DNA of 63,364 nt, counting the filler, from Octopus bimaculoides (taxonomy: Eukaryota): NCBI RefSeq assembly GCF_001194135.2. It is 4 parts of 3 records of this genome, joined end to end, with 100 filler letters (N's around TTAATTAATTAA, not from the genome) between each part and the next. Parts side by side here need not be neighbours in the genome. Positions count along the whole stretch, not along the records: positions 32,176 to 62,085 come from NC_068985.1; 3 more parts are not named here. The stretch is one strand, 5' to 3'. Within the stretch, counting starts at the first letter, position 1, and every line of letters starts with the position of its first letter. Below, one piece after another: positions 36,216 through 51,184 of this stretch. The translations under genes were made by a program, and so were the position numbers. The notes beneath the pieces were generated by a model. The model saw nothing but the letters and a program-made list of their open reading frames with translations. It was not told the origin of the DNA and ran no database searches.

Positions 36216-36803
36216 GTAGGGCAACAAACACGAAGACGACGGGTCGTGTTAGATGCAACGCTGACCACCGCAAAGGAAAATATATCCACTGACAGCTTTT
36301 CGGTGCGTTCTAAAATCGCATAGTCTCTCCCACTCCCAATTTTCCATGACAGGTTACAGTCTGCTATACTCCACACGAACGCGTGACATATCGGTTCCTC
36401 AAATTAGCTCATCATTTACTCCACAAATGTTTTGTCGTCAATGCTGCACTTTCCCGTATCACCTGTTTCAACATAACTAATATATATATATATACAAACT
36501 ATTTTAATCCCGAGCAACGCCTGGTATTTCTGCATATTGAAACTTATTCCTCTTCGAAAACTATTATTTTAGAGATACGCGCCTTAATGCAAGTATAAAC
36601 AAAATTGTAATTTAAAGTATAGATAAAGCTACGTTTACAGAATAATTAAGAATAGATAACCAATGTGGATTTGGTTACAATAATGTTATCTCCACTGCAT
36701 CCAAGGCTTCGTTCATAAATCCCATTGTTAGTAAATCACAGAATAAACAAATGTTTTAATTACGACAGCGTAGCACTAAAACGCACATTGCTTCAAATAT
36801 GTA

Positions 36804-37345
36804 TATGAGGGGGTATATAAAAGACAATGCAATTTTGCAGTATTATTTTATTCACTTAGTTTTATATGTTTACACTTTTATCACCTTCAAATTAGTCTCC
36901 ACTCGAAGCAATGATCGGTCCAGATGCATTTTCCACTGTCGGAAACAGTGCTGGAACTCTTGGAAAGTAATGCCTTTTCTCTCCTCTGTGTTTTATTCAT
37001 TTCTTGTTTGTTTTTGTTTCCCTCTTCCACGTCTGCAAATTTTGTCGCACCAGCTTTCGTCACCAGGGATTACCTTCGAAAAGAGATCAGGATCAACTTC
37101 CAACTGTTCTCTCAGCCCACTTGAGCGAGCGAGGAACATATTTTGCTGCAACTCTTTTCATTCGAAGTTCCTAGCTCAAAATGGAAGGTGCTCCAGGACA
37201 AACCAGTCATATCAAAAAGTTCGTCAATTATTCGGTCGTCCAAATCAGTTTATGAATTTTCATGTTGTTTTCATTCGTTGAACGCGGTTGGTCCTCAAGT
37301 GACCTTTCATGAAATGCCTAAAATATTTCCTCCTGTTTAAACTCT
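36804..37345 (-). mobile_element. Internally deleted mariner transposon
   Basis: Minus strand reads SLEDQPR, MKRVAAKYVPR, LFSKVIPGDESWC and C-terminal FQHCFRQWK...GD*FEGD. TA-TGAGGGGG TIR-like end at 36804. Confidence 0.85.
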
Positions 37346-40300
37346 GACTTGAATATGTTTTAAGTATAGTTTAATTTATATTTGCCGTTTGTTAAATAAT
37401 TACCAGTAGTAAGCTGTGGTTAAATCCACATCATTTCCTGCGCCTACACTTATATTAAAATTTTACAGTGATGCGCTAATATACAAGTATACACTATAGA
37501 ATCGAACCTGTTAATATGTATTTCAAAGCTTGCTATATTGTTAGAAAGTGGAGCAGGATAATTTCATCTTGTCACCTCTCAGTTTTAAAATATAGAAAAA
37601 TAGGAAGCTTGAAACTTAGTGCACTTGTTATCTAATCTGTCACAAATACAATTGTCAGAAGGAAAATCTGTAAATAGATACTTTAAGCATTAACACTCGA
37701 TGCTGCACAATTTCGACCATCCAGTGAATTAAGATGTTTTGTTATTTATTGACCCCCGAATGCCAGGATAATTTTGGCTGAGACTTGTACACAAACTTGA
37801 CATAAAAATGAAAGACTGCAAAGCGCTCCAATGACTGTCCATATACCGCTTTGAACGTAAAAATGACATCAACACAAATGTAAATCACTAGCAAAATTAA
37901 TCAATTTCTGAGTATTATTTCTCTTCTTATTTCTGTGGATTCAATCAGTAAAACTTGTGCTCAGAAAATACAAATTTGCAAGTATATTTTACTATATGTC
38001 TTATGTGAATCTGCATAAAGATAATCATTATTTTTGATAGCATATTGATGGGATGGTATTGTTGCTGTTTCCTCCCTGATGCACGCTGATTAAAGTTATA
38101 GCCGTGAGCAGAACGCCAATTGAATGGAAATTAAGAGAACAATATCAGACTACGGTGAGATGCAATAAAGGTGATTTGGTAGTATTTCTTAGCTGGTAAA
38201 ACGAGCAGATTTAAGTTCCATCGTTGTCTAATTTGCTTTGAAAGTAACATTAGTGGCGAAAATATTCAGCATTCGTACCCTATTGCCGTTACATAGCCGT
38301 AACCATGTCTAAGTGACTCAGAGTATTTACGTAATTTCTATAAAATTCAAATAATCAACTGTTACCACTTTGATTTTAATTGCAAGGCATTGCCAGGCAC
38401 TCATAATGTGATAATAATATCAATATTGAGAGTAATTATTTTGGAGAAAAACCGGGTATTTTCTAGAAGTTATAAGCCGGTGTCTGTACCGATGGCAATC
38501 ACTATATGTAATGTTAAGCAAATGATGAAACGACATGTGACACTTGTAAATATATATCATATTCTAGAGTTGTCTATATTAAAACACTTAGATTACTAAC
38601 CAAAATCCTTTTTCCTGTTCAATTAACTTAACTTTTAAATGAAGTCAAAAACGTAAATTCATTAACCGTGGACCATTTAATATCTTTTTCCTTCAAAACG
38701 TTGCTCGTCCAAAGATTCAAATCACATTGATGTCGTAGCCAGGAATATGTAATGTCAGTCAAGGAGAGGAAGATGTTAAACTGGCACTCCGTCGGTTACG
38801 ACGTTGATGGGCCTAATTGCTCTGATCAACGGAAAATCCTGCTCAGGAAATTAAGATTTGCAGTGGCTGAGCACTTCACAAATATGCATAAATTTAACTG
38901 CAGTCCTCGGACACGTTCAGCTTGACACAGAACGTGATACGGCTGGGCCTTTAAGATACAGGTACTACTAATTTTCGCCAGGTAAGAGGACTGGAGTAAC
39001 GTGAAAATATAGTGTCTTGCTGAAGTACTGAACCTGCCACTTGGTATCGAACTCATGATTCTATTTTCGTCAGAAGAATACCGCAAACACTAACCCACGT
39101 GACTTCACACAGGGTGTCATCTTGAACAGCGAGAAAGGCTTCACACACTTTTGAAGACGTAAAACAAAATCTTATTTTACGAGTTCCTGTGAATTTTGGA
39201 TTTCTCGCTTCGAATGTGTAAAAAGTATGTTTTAGCACCTCAATAGTTGCAACAGGAATATGCGAGAGGATGAAAACATCCTTATATCGTTAAAGTAATA
39301 ACGTTTCAAAAACAAAATATCAAACTGGATAAAAATAAACAGATATAGCAATTTTGAGGTGATGCGTTTAGTAAGTAAATCTACGTTGTTATAATGAAAA
39401 GGAAATATATCTTAATACAGATGCATTATTGAAACCCTAGGAGAGAAATTGTGCTCTTAACCATGGAGTAATATGATTGGATGCAAAATGACTTCATTGA
39501 AATTTCAACTGTTGTGGGTTTGAAATTCTCATGAGAATGAAACAAGACGAAAATGGAGAAGGAGTGGAGATGAGAAGAAAACGAAGTGGAGGAGGAGTAG
39601 GAAGGTTATGAGGCGAAGATGGCCTCCATATACAATAATCTTGTACCAAAACGCGAAAACTGGATTCTGTATTTGAAACAGTTGCGCAGTTTATCATTAA
39701 ATAGATAACAAAATACAAATTCCGCTATTTGAATCAGTTTTCAACATCACATTTTAGGTGAATTAGCTGTTTCGTTTTCAACATTAAATGCAAAAGCTGA
39801 AATTATTCACAGCGTTGACGAAACAATGAAAATGTACATATTGCATCTGAGATTCAAGATGGAGAGAGAAAAAAAACGGCAGGAACTCCAACGCTGTTTC
39901 GCACAAGCCATATTAATAAAAAGAAATAGTCAGCATTTCTCTAGTCTTTATGGAAAATCTCAATGTTACCACGCAGTTGTTGAGGACCTCGACACTAAGT
40001 GATCCAATATTCACGATTTCAAAGCGACTGACAAACGTTTCCATATGTAATGGAGCGCTTCCTGTTAGAAGCAGAAGCCAAATATCTGTCATGCTACTGT
40101 TTTAAGAAATGGGGTGGAGATTCATCAAATAATATAACTCTCACCTTGCTGTCAAAAATGGAATATATCTTGACAACAGTTTTATCGATTACGATTGACC
40201 AGGTTTTCCTCAACTAGATTCCACAATACATCGAGCTGCAACAGAAATGTTATGCAAAACTATCATTTGGAGGAGCAAATGTTATCGATATATTGTAGTT

Positions 40301-41087
40301 CTGCATTCAAAGCTTTTTTATGTCTATAAGTTGGTGGATAACGAATAGATCTGACGTCTCATGCAAAAACTAATTACATGAAAAGAGTTCAGGATCTCAT
40401 ATTTAATAAGACTGAAACATATGTTGTGGGTTATTTCCATCATTACCAATGATCAAACTACAACCGCATTCTCCATTTAAAATCTATTCTATTTTCATTT
40501 TAGAATTTATACCTTTGATTACCTGGACACGAATTCTCAGGTGCAATTGCGATTAAAGATAAAATCATTTTCGTAGGCACTATTATTTAGGTTATCTACA
40601 ATTTGGTTATAGAAATCATTTATATCTATTGTTATTCGCACAAGGATACAAAATTCATTGATACCCGTGGTTGTGCGTGTAGAGAATTATAAGGTAAATA
40701 TATAATGTGTGGAGGGGCAATGACCGAGTGGTTAGGGCAGTACACTCGTATTCGTAGGATCACGGTTTAGATTCCCAGATCGGGCGTTGTGAGTGTTGAG
40801 CGAAAACACTTAAAGCTCCATGAGGGTCCGGCAGGGAGTGGTGGCGAACACTGCTTTACTCCTTCACCACGACTTTCTCTCGGTCTTTCTTCCTGTTTCT
40901 GTTGTACCTGTATTTCCAAGGACCAGCCTTGTCATACGCTGTGTCACGCTGAATCTCCCCGAGAACTACGTTATGGGTACACGTGTCTGTGGAGTGCTCA
41001 GTCACTTGCACGTTAATTTCAGGAGCAGGCTGTTTCGTCGATCGGATCAACTGGAACCCTTGTCATCATAACCGACGGAGTGCCACG

Positions 41088-41181
<94 letters not shown>

Positions 41182-41446
41182 GTGTCTGCATATGAGTCTA
41201 TAGAGTTATGTATATATGTGACTGCATTTATACAGATGCACTAAATGAAGGCATAGATGTTAATATTGTCACAATGCGCTATTTGTCATCGTCCGTATTT
41301 ATATTTCAATACGTGTATTATACATGACTATACTCGATAAGACATAGACGGAACGCTTATACTGCTTGTATTTCTAAATATTTGCTTTTATTACCGAATC
41401 AATCTTATGTTATTTGACGTTTAGCGCACAATCTTATTGATACATC

Positions 41447-41885
41447 TGTGGCGAGGCACAACGAGCCAGCGCCATTTTGCACGATATCTCACCGAGACAA
41501 GAACGAGATCCTGAATGCAACTATTTGCCATGCGCAAGACGACAACGAGGCTCTCGCCGGCAACTGGTATTTAAGCAGCAGATAAGAGAATTTTCTCCTT
41601 TTTCCTTCTCGCTTACGCTGAGAAACGCTGCAAAGCTAGCAGCTCACAACGGACTCTTGTCCCGCTCTAACTCCACCAGTTGATCTCCAGTAGTAACAAA
41701 CATCACGTGTATGGAGCTATAACGAACCACGTGCTGCTATATAGATGGTCACTGAGAGCGAACCACATAAACGAGAACTCTGTAAATAAACGGCTTTTAA
41801 ATTGTACTCCGCTTATGAACTTCTTTGTGTTCCAGATCCTTGAAACTACAAAAATAATTATAATGCGATAAGGAGAGACTCCACA
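41447..41885. mobile_element. Possible solo-LTR or TIR-bounded element
   Basis: TGTGG...CCACA ends, CpG-richer interior, TATA-like tatttaagc and aataaa. No matching TSD. Confidence 0.35.
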
Positions 41886-42789
41886 TGTATCATAAACCTT
41901 CCATTCCATTATACATCAATCAAGGATTGGTAAAAGGAATACATAACTGCTACATGAATGTATGCGATATTAAATTCGTTTTAGTGAACAGAAATTAACC
42001 TTATAATTTCAGTTAATTTTTCCTTCTGTACATTCCATGAGCTTTAGCATGGATACGTATTCAAACGTTCTTTACACTATATTCTTATTAAGCTGCCCAT
42101 AAGACGGGATTTAATAGTTGGAGATGAGATTTCATTCATTTTACTCCATTCCTTATTTACCAACATCGTGGATTCATAGAGATAATCTTTTCAAATTCTT
42201 GTCCCAAACCGAAGGTTAATATCAGCCTCGGATAAATATAGAAAACGTATTCTTGGGTGTTAATAACTTTATATAACCTGAAATATGAAACGAATATTAA
42301 TCTTGGCAATCACTATTCGGCAATTTCCACATTATATTTATTCATTCGCTGATACTCGTCTTCCATATTTTATTCGCACGAATCTCTGTACGAATCTCTG
42401 TGCGAATATATTTACGTATCTCTTCATGTAATATTTTTTCATTTGAAGGTGGTGAGCTGGGAGAAATGTTGACACACCAGGCGGAATTCAAAGTAGTAGT
42501 GAATCTGGGAGATATTGAACCACTGATGAAAAATGAGAAAAATGATGTAGGTTGAATGATGTTATTTTTAGGAAAACAATGCTGATAAAGTAGGAAAAAC
42601 GAACAATTGTAGATAGTACATATAATGGTTCAAATGGTACCGCATGGGAGTGGGGCCCGAGTGGCCATCTTCATTTTTCCATTATTATATAATTTCATCC
42701 CATTTACATTCATTTTGTTTTTGTCCCCACTCTAAACTTGTCTGTCCTTGTGGTGTCCGCATCTGTGTTTAGAGCTTTATACCTAATAA

Positions 42790-43195
42790 AGAATTCGTTA
42801 TTTCGTCTGTCTTTACGTTCTGTGTCCAAATTCCACTGAGGTCGATTTGCCTTTCACCCTCGGGGTCGACATATTAAGTACCAGTTGCGCCCTGGTTTCG
42901 ATTTAATCGACTGGCCCCCTTCCTTAAAATTTCAGGCCTTGTGATTACAGTAGAAAAGAATATTTATTCATTTGAAGGCAGCGAGCTGACAGAAGCGCTA
43001 GCACGCCGGGCGAAATGCTTAGCATTATTTCGTCTGCCTTTACGTTGTGTGTTCAAATTCCGCCGAGGTCGACTTTGCCTTTCATCCTTTCAAGGTCGAT
43101 AAATTAAGTGTCAGTTGCGAACAGGCGTCGATGTAATTAACTGGCCACCTCCCCACAAAATTCCGGGCCTTGTGCCAAGAGTAGAAAAGAATATT
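42790..43195 (+). mobile_element. Two family-1 SINE copies; others at ~20010-20150(-), 44830-45010(-), 54200-54410(+), 59260-59455(-)
   Basis: Same head and body as the 33843 array. Confidence 0.8.
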
Positions 43196-45099
43196 CATTT
43201 GTTTATCTGTATAAATGTACGTAAGAATCATTATCACGACTGAACATCACGACTGATTATTACGATAAGCACGACTGAAGCTTATATGGCCGTAGTGATG
43301 ATAGATATATTCATATCTCTTACACATGATTTCATTTTATTGCATATCTCTATTCCTCTTTCCATTCGTTTACAGCTTCTGACCTTTTGTGCACAAACCT
43401 ATTGGATGGACGCGCGCCGCATTTTTTCGTCACAGTTGCTCTGATTCACACCTACGCAGTTTATTTATTTCTTCATTACGAAAAGTGTATCCTGTTGGAA
43501 TATCTGCTTTCTACCTTTACGCAATGACATAAATCCGCTGACATCTATGACGAAGTTCTTACAAATAATGGAGCTGTTTTTTTTTTTTTACACAGAGAAA
43601 AAAAAAGAACATGTATTTACAATAATCGTATTGAACAATCGATATTCATGCAAATACCTGGCTTTTAATGCTTTCAATCCTTTCCCAATAAAATATACAC
43701 ATACTGATGATTATGTAATTCAAAATTGTCATACGTAGGAAATAACATTCCGAGCCATTATTTGAATACATATTGTTGCGTGATTCAGTAACAGGGCGCC
43801 CCAGAACGTAGCATACATAGTTTAGATTTCAGCTGCAATTTTGATATTGAAATATAAAATCACGTATTGATACCTTAATAGGGGTATTTAAGTATGGAAA
43901 TACACAAAATTAAACGCAAAGTGAGTTATTGAAATTCTTGATGGTGGATAAGCATACTTTCATTTTTACGGTAACATTGACACGTTCTAAAAAGATGTTT
44001 TGTGCATTAATCTATAGTTGAGATTTATTTGTTTGCCATATTTTATAGTTGTTAATACCGATGTTTATATAGATCTAACTACTAAAGATTGGCAAGATAT
44101 TATTTGCGGGTGTTGCCCTTATCTAATTTCCTCTTTCTCATTCATGGACTAACTTTATATGATGCAACTATAGTTTACTGTGTAAGAAACATTAGTTTTA
44201 TAAAAATTGGATGGCGAATTATTGTGAGCATCGTGGAAAAGCACACTGCGTTTGGTATTTAAGCTTCAACGATCTATTAAAAATGAACATTGATATGAAA
44301 CAGATGAAATGCATGTAGAATATTCTACAAAAATATCTATAGGAATGATTTCTCATACAAGAAAAACGCTCGAAAGTTTGTGGAAACGTGATTAACTTAA
44401 TAAATGATTAGGAATGTTAACTTCCTCGAACGACTCCTTTTTCACGCTTAAATATATAGAAAAAGGTAGAAAAAAGCGGTTGAAACTCAGACAAAGAGAA
44501 TAAGTCATAGAACCGCGTAAGTTTGATCTTATGACACATGTAAAAGGGTGCTTTTTGCAAATATTGGAATCCCGAGTCTCACATTTTACTAGGGCGGTAT
44601 AAAATGCGTTCCTTTTCTACTTCTAGCAAGATAATCTCATCCTTATATAATTTGTCTCCGTTATTTATCAACAGTGTTTTCGTATTGAGTACATGCGTTT
44701 AACAATGGATGCATTTATGTAACTGGGTTTGTCTGACAACAATCGTGTATGTAGCAACTGAAGTTTAGATTCAATTTTAACTTTATTCGGCTTACCTCAA
44801 TTATAATATCTTCTTCGACAAGCACAAATCTTGATATTTGGGGTGGGTTAGTCGACTACATCGATCCAGGGGTTCAACTCGGAAAGTAAGAAAAGCAAGT
44901 CGACCTCAGTGGAATTAGACTTTGGAACGTAAAGAAAATTCGGCTAAGATATTTATCCGGCGTCGCGAAGACTGTGCCAGGGTGCTGTAGTAATTTAGCT
45001 CTACTATAATAACGATAAGTAACACAGGAAAAATATGGAAGGAGATAGATACTTACATACATAAAACAAATTTTATTTTCGTTGCCGTGAGGTGTAACA

Positions 45100-45136
<37 letters not shown>

Positions 45137-45296
45137 ACTGTGGCGTATAAGCTGCATGTTGATTAGTCAAATCCGTATTCCAAATATTCAGTTTGTCGGA
45201 GCCTTCTAAAAAGTATAAAAAGGAAAAAATCAAACTATTATACTTGCTTCTTGTTCCTACGACTGTCTTCATCTTTTGTTTTTCTATAAGATTCAA

Positions 45297-45346
<50 letters not shown>

Positions 45347-47140
45347 NNNNNNNNNNNNNNNNNNNNNNNNNNNNNNNNNNNNNNNNNNNNNNNNNNNNNN
45401 NNNNNNNNNNNNNNNNNNNNNNNNNNNNNNNNNNNNNNNNNNNNNNNNNNNNNNNNNNNNNNNNNNNNNNNNNNNNNNNNNNNNNNNNNNNNNNNNNNTA
45501 TATATATATATATATATATATATGATGAGAACAAGTGTGTACGTACGCCGCTGTATGTAAATATAAATATTTTTAAAAAAAACGGAAAGAACATGCAATA
45601 AAGGGCAATAAAACATTCAGACAGATAGATAATACAAAAGCGGAGGCACAAAAGGACGGGTCATTCGTTGCCTTGCTTCTTCAGTCAAGTTACCAGATAT
45701 CCTAACAGTTTCGGACAGTCATACTGGTTACCCCCATTTTTTATATTCATGCATAGTTATAGCGGCGTACGCACACACTTCTGCTCACTTTATAGTAGGT
45801 ATCTAAATTGTGTACGATTCTTTTACTCTGTCATTTAGTCTCCTCATACTTTCTTCCCCTTTTCTTTTTCTCGCTCTCCCCCACTCTCACATACACATAT
45901 TTCATGGTCCTCTCTTTCTTCAACTCCTACTTTTCCTCCTCGTTTATCTCCCCTGTACCTTTTCCTTTGTCTCTTAGATTTTTTGCTAATCCTCCAATCT
46001 CGCTGCCCCTACCCCTCTTTCATCCTTCCATGTGACCGGTATCCGCCCAGCCACGATCTGTCTTTCTTGGCCTGACTGCCGCCCGCCAAAACCTCTTATG
46101 TCCATCTCCTACGTTCATGCCTTAAGGCTTTTACTTCATACATGCCAGCTCAAATTTATTGATCCTCAGTCGAAAGACAACTGTTGTTATACTCTTGATT
46201 GTATTTGCAGTCATGTACGATGTTCTCCGTTTTTTGTCTTTGTTGCAGTATAGATTTGTTAGCTTTCTTATAAAAATTCTAATGCTCTTAGCTTAGACGT
46301 TTTCGGAGACAACCAGATCGAACAGTTTGATGTGTAACTGCCCGAAACTGTAACGATTTCTGGTAACTTGACTGAAGAAAGAAGGCCAAGAATGACCAAT
46401 CCTTTCTTTCCTCTGTCCCTCTAACTGTTGTTTTCCTGTCCGCCTTTGTATCGTCTACTTTCCGGATGTTTTGTTGTCCTCCATTGCGTTTTGTTCCATT
46501 ATATATATATATATATATATNNNNNNNNNNNNNNNNNNNNNNNNNNNNNNNNNNNNNNNNNNNNNNNNNNNNNNNNNNNNNNNNNNNNNNNNNNNNNNNN
46601 NNNNNNNNNNNNNNNNNNNNNNNNNNNNNNNNNNNNNNNNNNNNNNNNNNNNNNNNNNNNNNNNNNNNNNNNNNNNNNNNNNNNNNNNNNNNNNNNNNNN
46701 NNNNNNNNNNNNNNNNNNNNNNNNNNNNNNNNNNNNNNNNNNNNNNNNNNNNNNNNNNNNNNNNNNNNNNNNNNNNNNNNNNNNNNNNNNNNNNNNNNNN
46801 NNNNNNNNNNNNNNNNNNNNNNNNNNNNNNNNNNNNNNNNNNNNNNNNNNNNNNNNNNNNNNNNNNNNNNNNNNNNNNNNNNNNNNNNNNNNNNNNNNNN
46901 NNNNNNNNNNNNNNNNNNNNNNNNNNNNNNNNNNNNNNNNNNNNNNNNNNNNNNNNNNNNNNNNNNNNNNNNNNNNNNNNNNNNNNNNNNNNNNNNNNNN
47001 NNNNNNNNNNNNNNNNNNNNNNNNNNNNNNNNNNNNNNNNNNNNNNNNNNNNNNNNNNNNNNNNNNNNNNNNNNNNNNNNNNNNNNNNNNNNNNNNNNNN
47101 NNNNATATATATATATATATATATATATGCATATACACAC

Positions 47141-47171
<31 letters not shown>

Positions 47172-47172
47172 T

Positions 47173-47215
<43 letters not shown>

Positions 47216-47700
47216 CATAAATTTGAAGGTCAGTGTAATATTTACCATTGTAATATTTACCAATTTCTGCGCATGTATTTGATAACACATGATTCAATGA
47301 TATAATGGACTCTTACTCATTGGTATTTCTGTAAGATTCACTGCCCGGATGTCTCAATGTAACGAGGAATCATATTAAGCTTCTTACAGAATTCAGCAAA
47401 CAAAATGTTTGGCGATGCAAGCTAATGTTTACCAAGGTGATATTGAATTATTGTGAATACACAAAACAGCGAGAATCAAAATAATGATGTGTATATTCGT
47501 CCTTAATTCGTTCCGGTAGATTTGGATACTCGCTGTCGTAAATAGCCTTCGGAGAACAACTCCTTTTACCCAACATGATAAATTAACAACAGCAATAATA
47601 ATTAAAAGTGGAAAAACAGGATGAATCTCATGATGATCATAATGAACAACAACCAGCATTATTACTATTGAGTAGTTTTACTTTTATCACGTGCTTTCAC

Positions 47701-47749
<49 letters not shown>

Positions 47750-47750
47750 T

Positions 47751-48011
47751 TATTGTCATTGCACGGCTTCTACCGCTAGAGATGCGCTACGTTGCCAAGC
47801 TATTCACTACCAATGAAATAAGGTAACACGCCTAATTTTCGAGCACCATTCCGTGTATTCGAGCGGTTCCAAGCAGTGCTGTTTTCTGTAATTGCTCTAC
47901 CCTTATTGCAACCCCGTTTTGTTCCATGTACTTCTCAAAATGTTTACTTACTGTTCCCAGGGCTCCGACAATTATTGGTACAATGCCACCTTTATCAGCG
48001 ACCACAACTGC
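47751..48011 (-). mobile_element. 5'-truncated R4/Dong-like RLE retrotransposon inside a (TAA)n microsatellite
   Basis: IVPIIVGALGTVSKHFEKYM...EQLQKTALLGTARI..VLEN* (stop 47832-47834), a short 3' UTR, and (TAA)n on both sides. Confidence 0.85.
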
Positions 48012-48038
48012 TAATTATTATTATCATCATTATTATTA

Positions 48039-48084
<46 letters not shown>

Positions 48085-51000
48085 GGTGCACAAATTATTA
48101 GTGTATATGAATAGGACTAAAACTGGTCTAACGGGTTTACTCTCTCTGCTAAAACACGGAATTTGATTTTTCTGCTGGTGAAAAACGAGAATGTCAAGCA
48201 GAAATTGATACTGGAACGAATGGGCAGAAAATCTATACAAGTAAAAGTAAAATGAGAAAAGAGCAGATATACTAGAGAATTCTCCAGCATTGCATAGCGG
48301 TGAACCGCATTGATATACAAAGAAAATATCTGCTTGTACTTATGTAGAAGAGTAAAGAGTTTAATCTAACGGATTAAAAGATACACTTGTGGATATAGAT
48401 GAAATCGATGTTTTAATGGAATAAGGAATCAAAGAACATGATGGTTATGATTGGATAGAACTTATTTCATATATCTGGAAAATATAAAGATGCTAATGAT
48501 TTTTATTTCCATTACCTAGTTTTGAAACTGTTCCATGGTGCATTATAACCAGTAGTGAATATTTTGAGGGACAAATGATAGAAGGATAAGGGGACTGATG
48601 ACATGCTTTTCGGGTGTTTAGGTCTACAGTTCCAGGAAAGTAATCTTTTACGGAGACGTTAGAGAGATGATATTGAACTTGTTATCACTATAGATTTCTA
48701 TACCATATTTGTCTAGATAATTACCTTTAAGACAAGAAGTGTTTTCAGTTGAATTGCAAGAAGAAGGGTTTTACAGAAGGGTTATGTTTAATCATGTCTA
48801 TGTAACGCGATACACTATTAATCGCGTTGCAACAGACAAGTATTACAACTAACTTATTAAAATTATAAATTATTTATGTGATTTCAGGGTGAATCATTGT
48901 ATAATTCAAGTTAAACCAAACGAGACATATACGCTCTCGCATTGGTCCGATCGTTTAAGTGATCTTTAAAACACCATACAACGTTGAAAGCAAATCATTT
49001 TACATCAGGAGTGACAAAGACAATAGTTGTGTGATACGAATATTCATTAAATATATCATCTCCAACTATGTCGACAAAAGGGCTCTAAAATGAAATTCAT
49101 TGCTCAAATGCTATGTCTCCTGAGTTTTCTTAGACTGGCTGAGACACAGAAATGATTTAAATTATTAATCAAATCCGATGATATGTAGATTATATTAAAA
49201 TATATTCGTTGTCTTGACAGTTATGGATATATGAAGCAACAAATAATATTAAATTTGAGAGTGGCACTGTGATGGTCGGAATTCGTAATCTCTCATGATT
49301 CAATTCAGGATTAAATTCAAACATAATAAATAATATTTGGGAAAAGTGCCAGGGAATTTAAATAATCTGATGATTCATATTTCCAATCTCATTATTTTGT
49401 CCTTTATATTCTGTTAACGATCTCAATTGACAGTAAAACGTAAAATGATTACACTAACTCGACCTAAAACAAAGATCTCTAATGGACTTCAGATACCACG
49501 TACTGTCTTCAAAATGAAGATATATTGAATAACGTCGTCCTAGCTATAATGTGAGATATGATAGACTAGATCATGGAAACAAGATTCCAGACACACTACA
49601 ACCCGAAACAAAAGAACATGGATTTGTCTCGAATTCATCGATATGTTTCTGTAAAACACAGATGGAAATAAAACCAAATGTGGCTATTGAAATTCTTCGG
49701 GTTACGTTAACCTTTCAACAGTCTTATTCACAAGCGTCTATCCTGAAAATGTTCATTAGTAACTGTGGAATATTTTATCGCTCCTCTTACTATTATGATT
49801 CACATTTGAATTAGATCCACCATTTCCCCCAAAAAACAATTTCGTTTCAGTTAAATTGACAAATGATCTGTTCCTACACTGATTATAAGAATAAAACGTT
49901 GTGTCCAGTATTTTTACTGAATCTGATGGGAAAATGTTGAACATTAGCATATACGTAAGTATTCTCTGGCAAATTTAAACAAATTGATAACACTTGCCCA
50001 GATTCTTTCTGATTTCTATCTTTAATTAGTTAGCAATAGTATTATTCTGCACACCGACAATTGTGATATTTAATTATAAGTCTGAGTAAAAAGTAAGCAA
50101 CGTTTTGAAACATGAAATTTATCACAATATATTTCAGTTATGAGGAAATTTTATGCATCAAAGTAAGTACCATGAAAATCAAGGCGTAGGAGTGGCTGTG
50201 TGGCAAGTAGATTCCTTACCAACCACACGGTTCTGGGTTCAGTCCCACTACGTGGCACCTTGGGCAAGTGTCTTCTACTATAGCCTCGGGCCGACGAAAG
50301 GCTTGTGAGTGGATTTGGTAGACGGAAACTGAAAGAAGACCGTCGTATATGTGTATANNNNNNNNNNTGTCCCCCCAGCATCGTTTGACAACCGATGCTG
50401 GTTTGTTTACGTCCCAGTATCTTAGCGGCGCGGCAAAACAGACCGATAGAATAAGTACTAGGCTTACAAAGAATAAGTCCTGGAGTCGATTTTTTCGACT
50501 AAAGGCTACAGATACAACATCCTTATTAAGTGAGTAATATTACCTGAAACATATTTTGTAGTGTTTACCGCTGACGGCAACATGTCCAGTTGTTTAAATT
50601 TCGCATAGCGTAATCTTTGTTTGAATATTGTGAAAAATAGAGCGCTATGGTTGCAGCTTGTTTGTTTGTTTTAAGCCTGCGCAACAGTGAGTTTACAGAG
50701 ATGTTATAATGCGGGGAAGCGTATATATAGAAGTGCTCTATCAGCTCTATAAATACATAGTACAAATCTCGCCGAAACTATTTGTGACCTTCGTTCTAGA
50801 GGATGCAGTAAATGACCTCTGGAAATAAGCGGATTACCAGAAATATAAGCATCATGCAACAAGTTAAAAATTCTGGTAATCATCTTTCTTTATAGGACGG
50901 GTTTTGCGTTATCTTCCCTCGTTTTATGCTTTCATTTTTAAAATCCTGGCTAAGGTGAAATGGTTCGGATGTACGACGAAGTGAAGCATCGGCTAGAACA

Positions 51001-51184
51001 ATATTGGGTGACACGAATAGAAGCGAATCCAGTAGGGATCGACATAAACGTTTACATAAAAGACGTGCACGTTTGCGTGGCAGCTGTTGATAAATGGTAT
51101 ATTTATAAATTCCTTAAATGCGCGATAGGAAATATATAACCCAAATCCCCTGTGACTCCAGGGCTTTCCCGATATGCATCTTAA

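Noticed and set aside
46340-46390. Type II hammerhead (GAAAC...CTGAAGA order)
   Set aside because: No stem I or stem II pairing, and stem III is sterically impossible.
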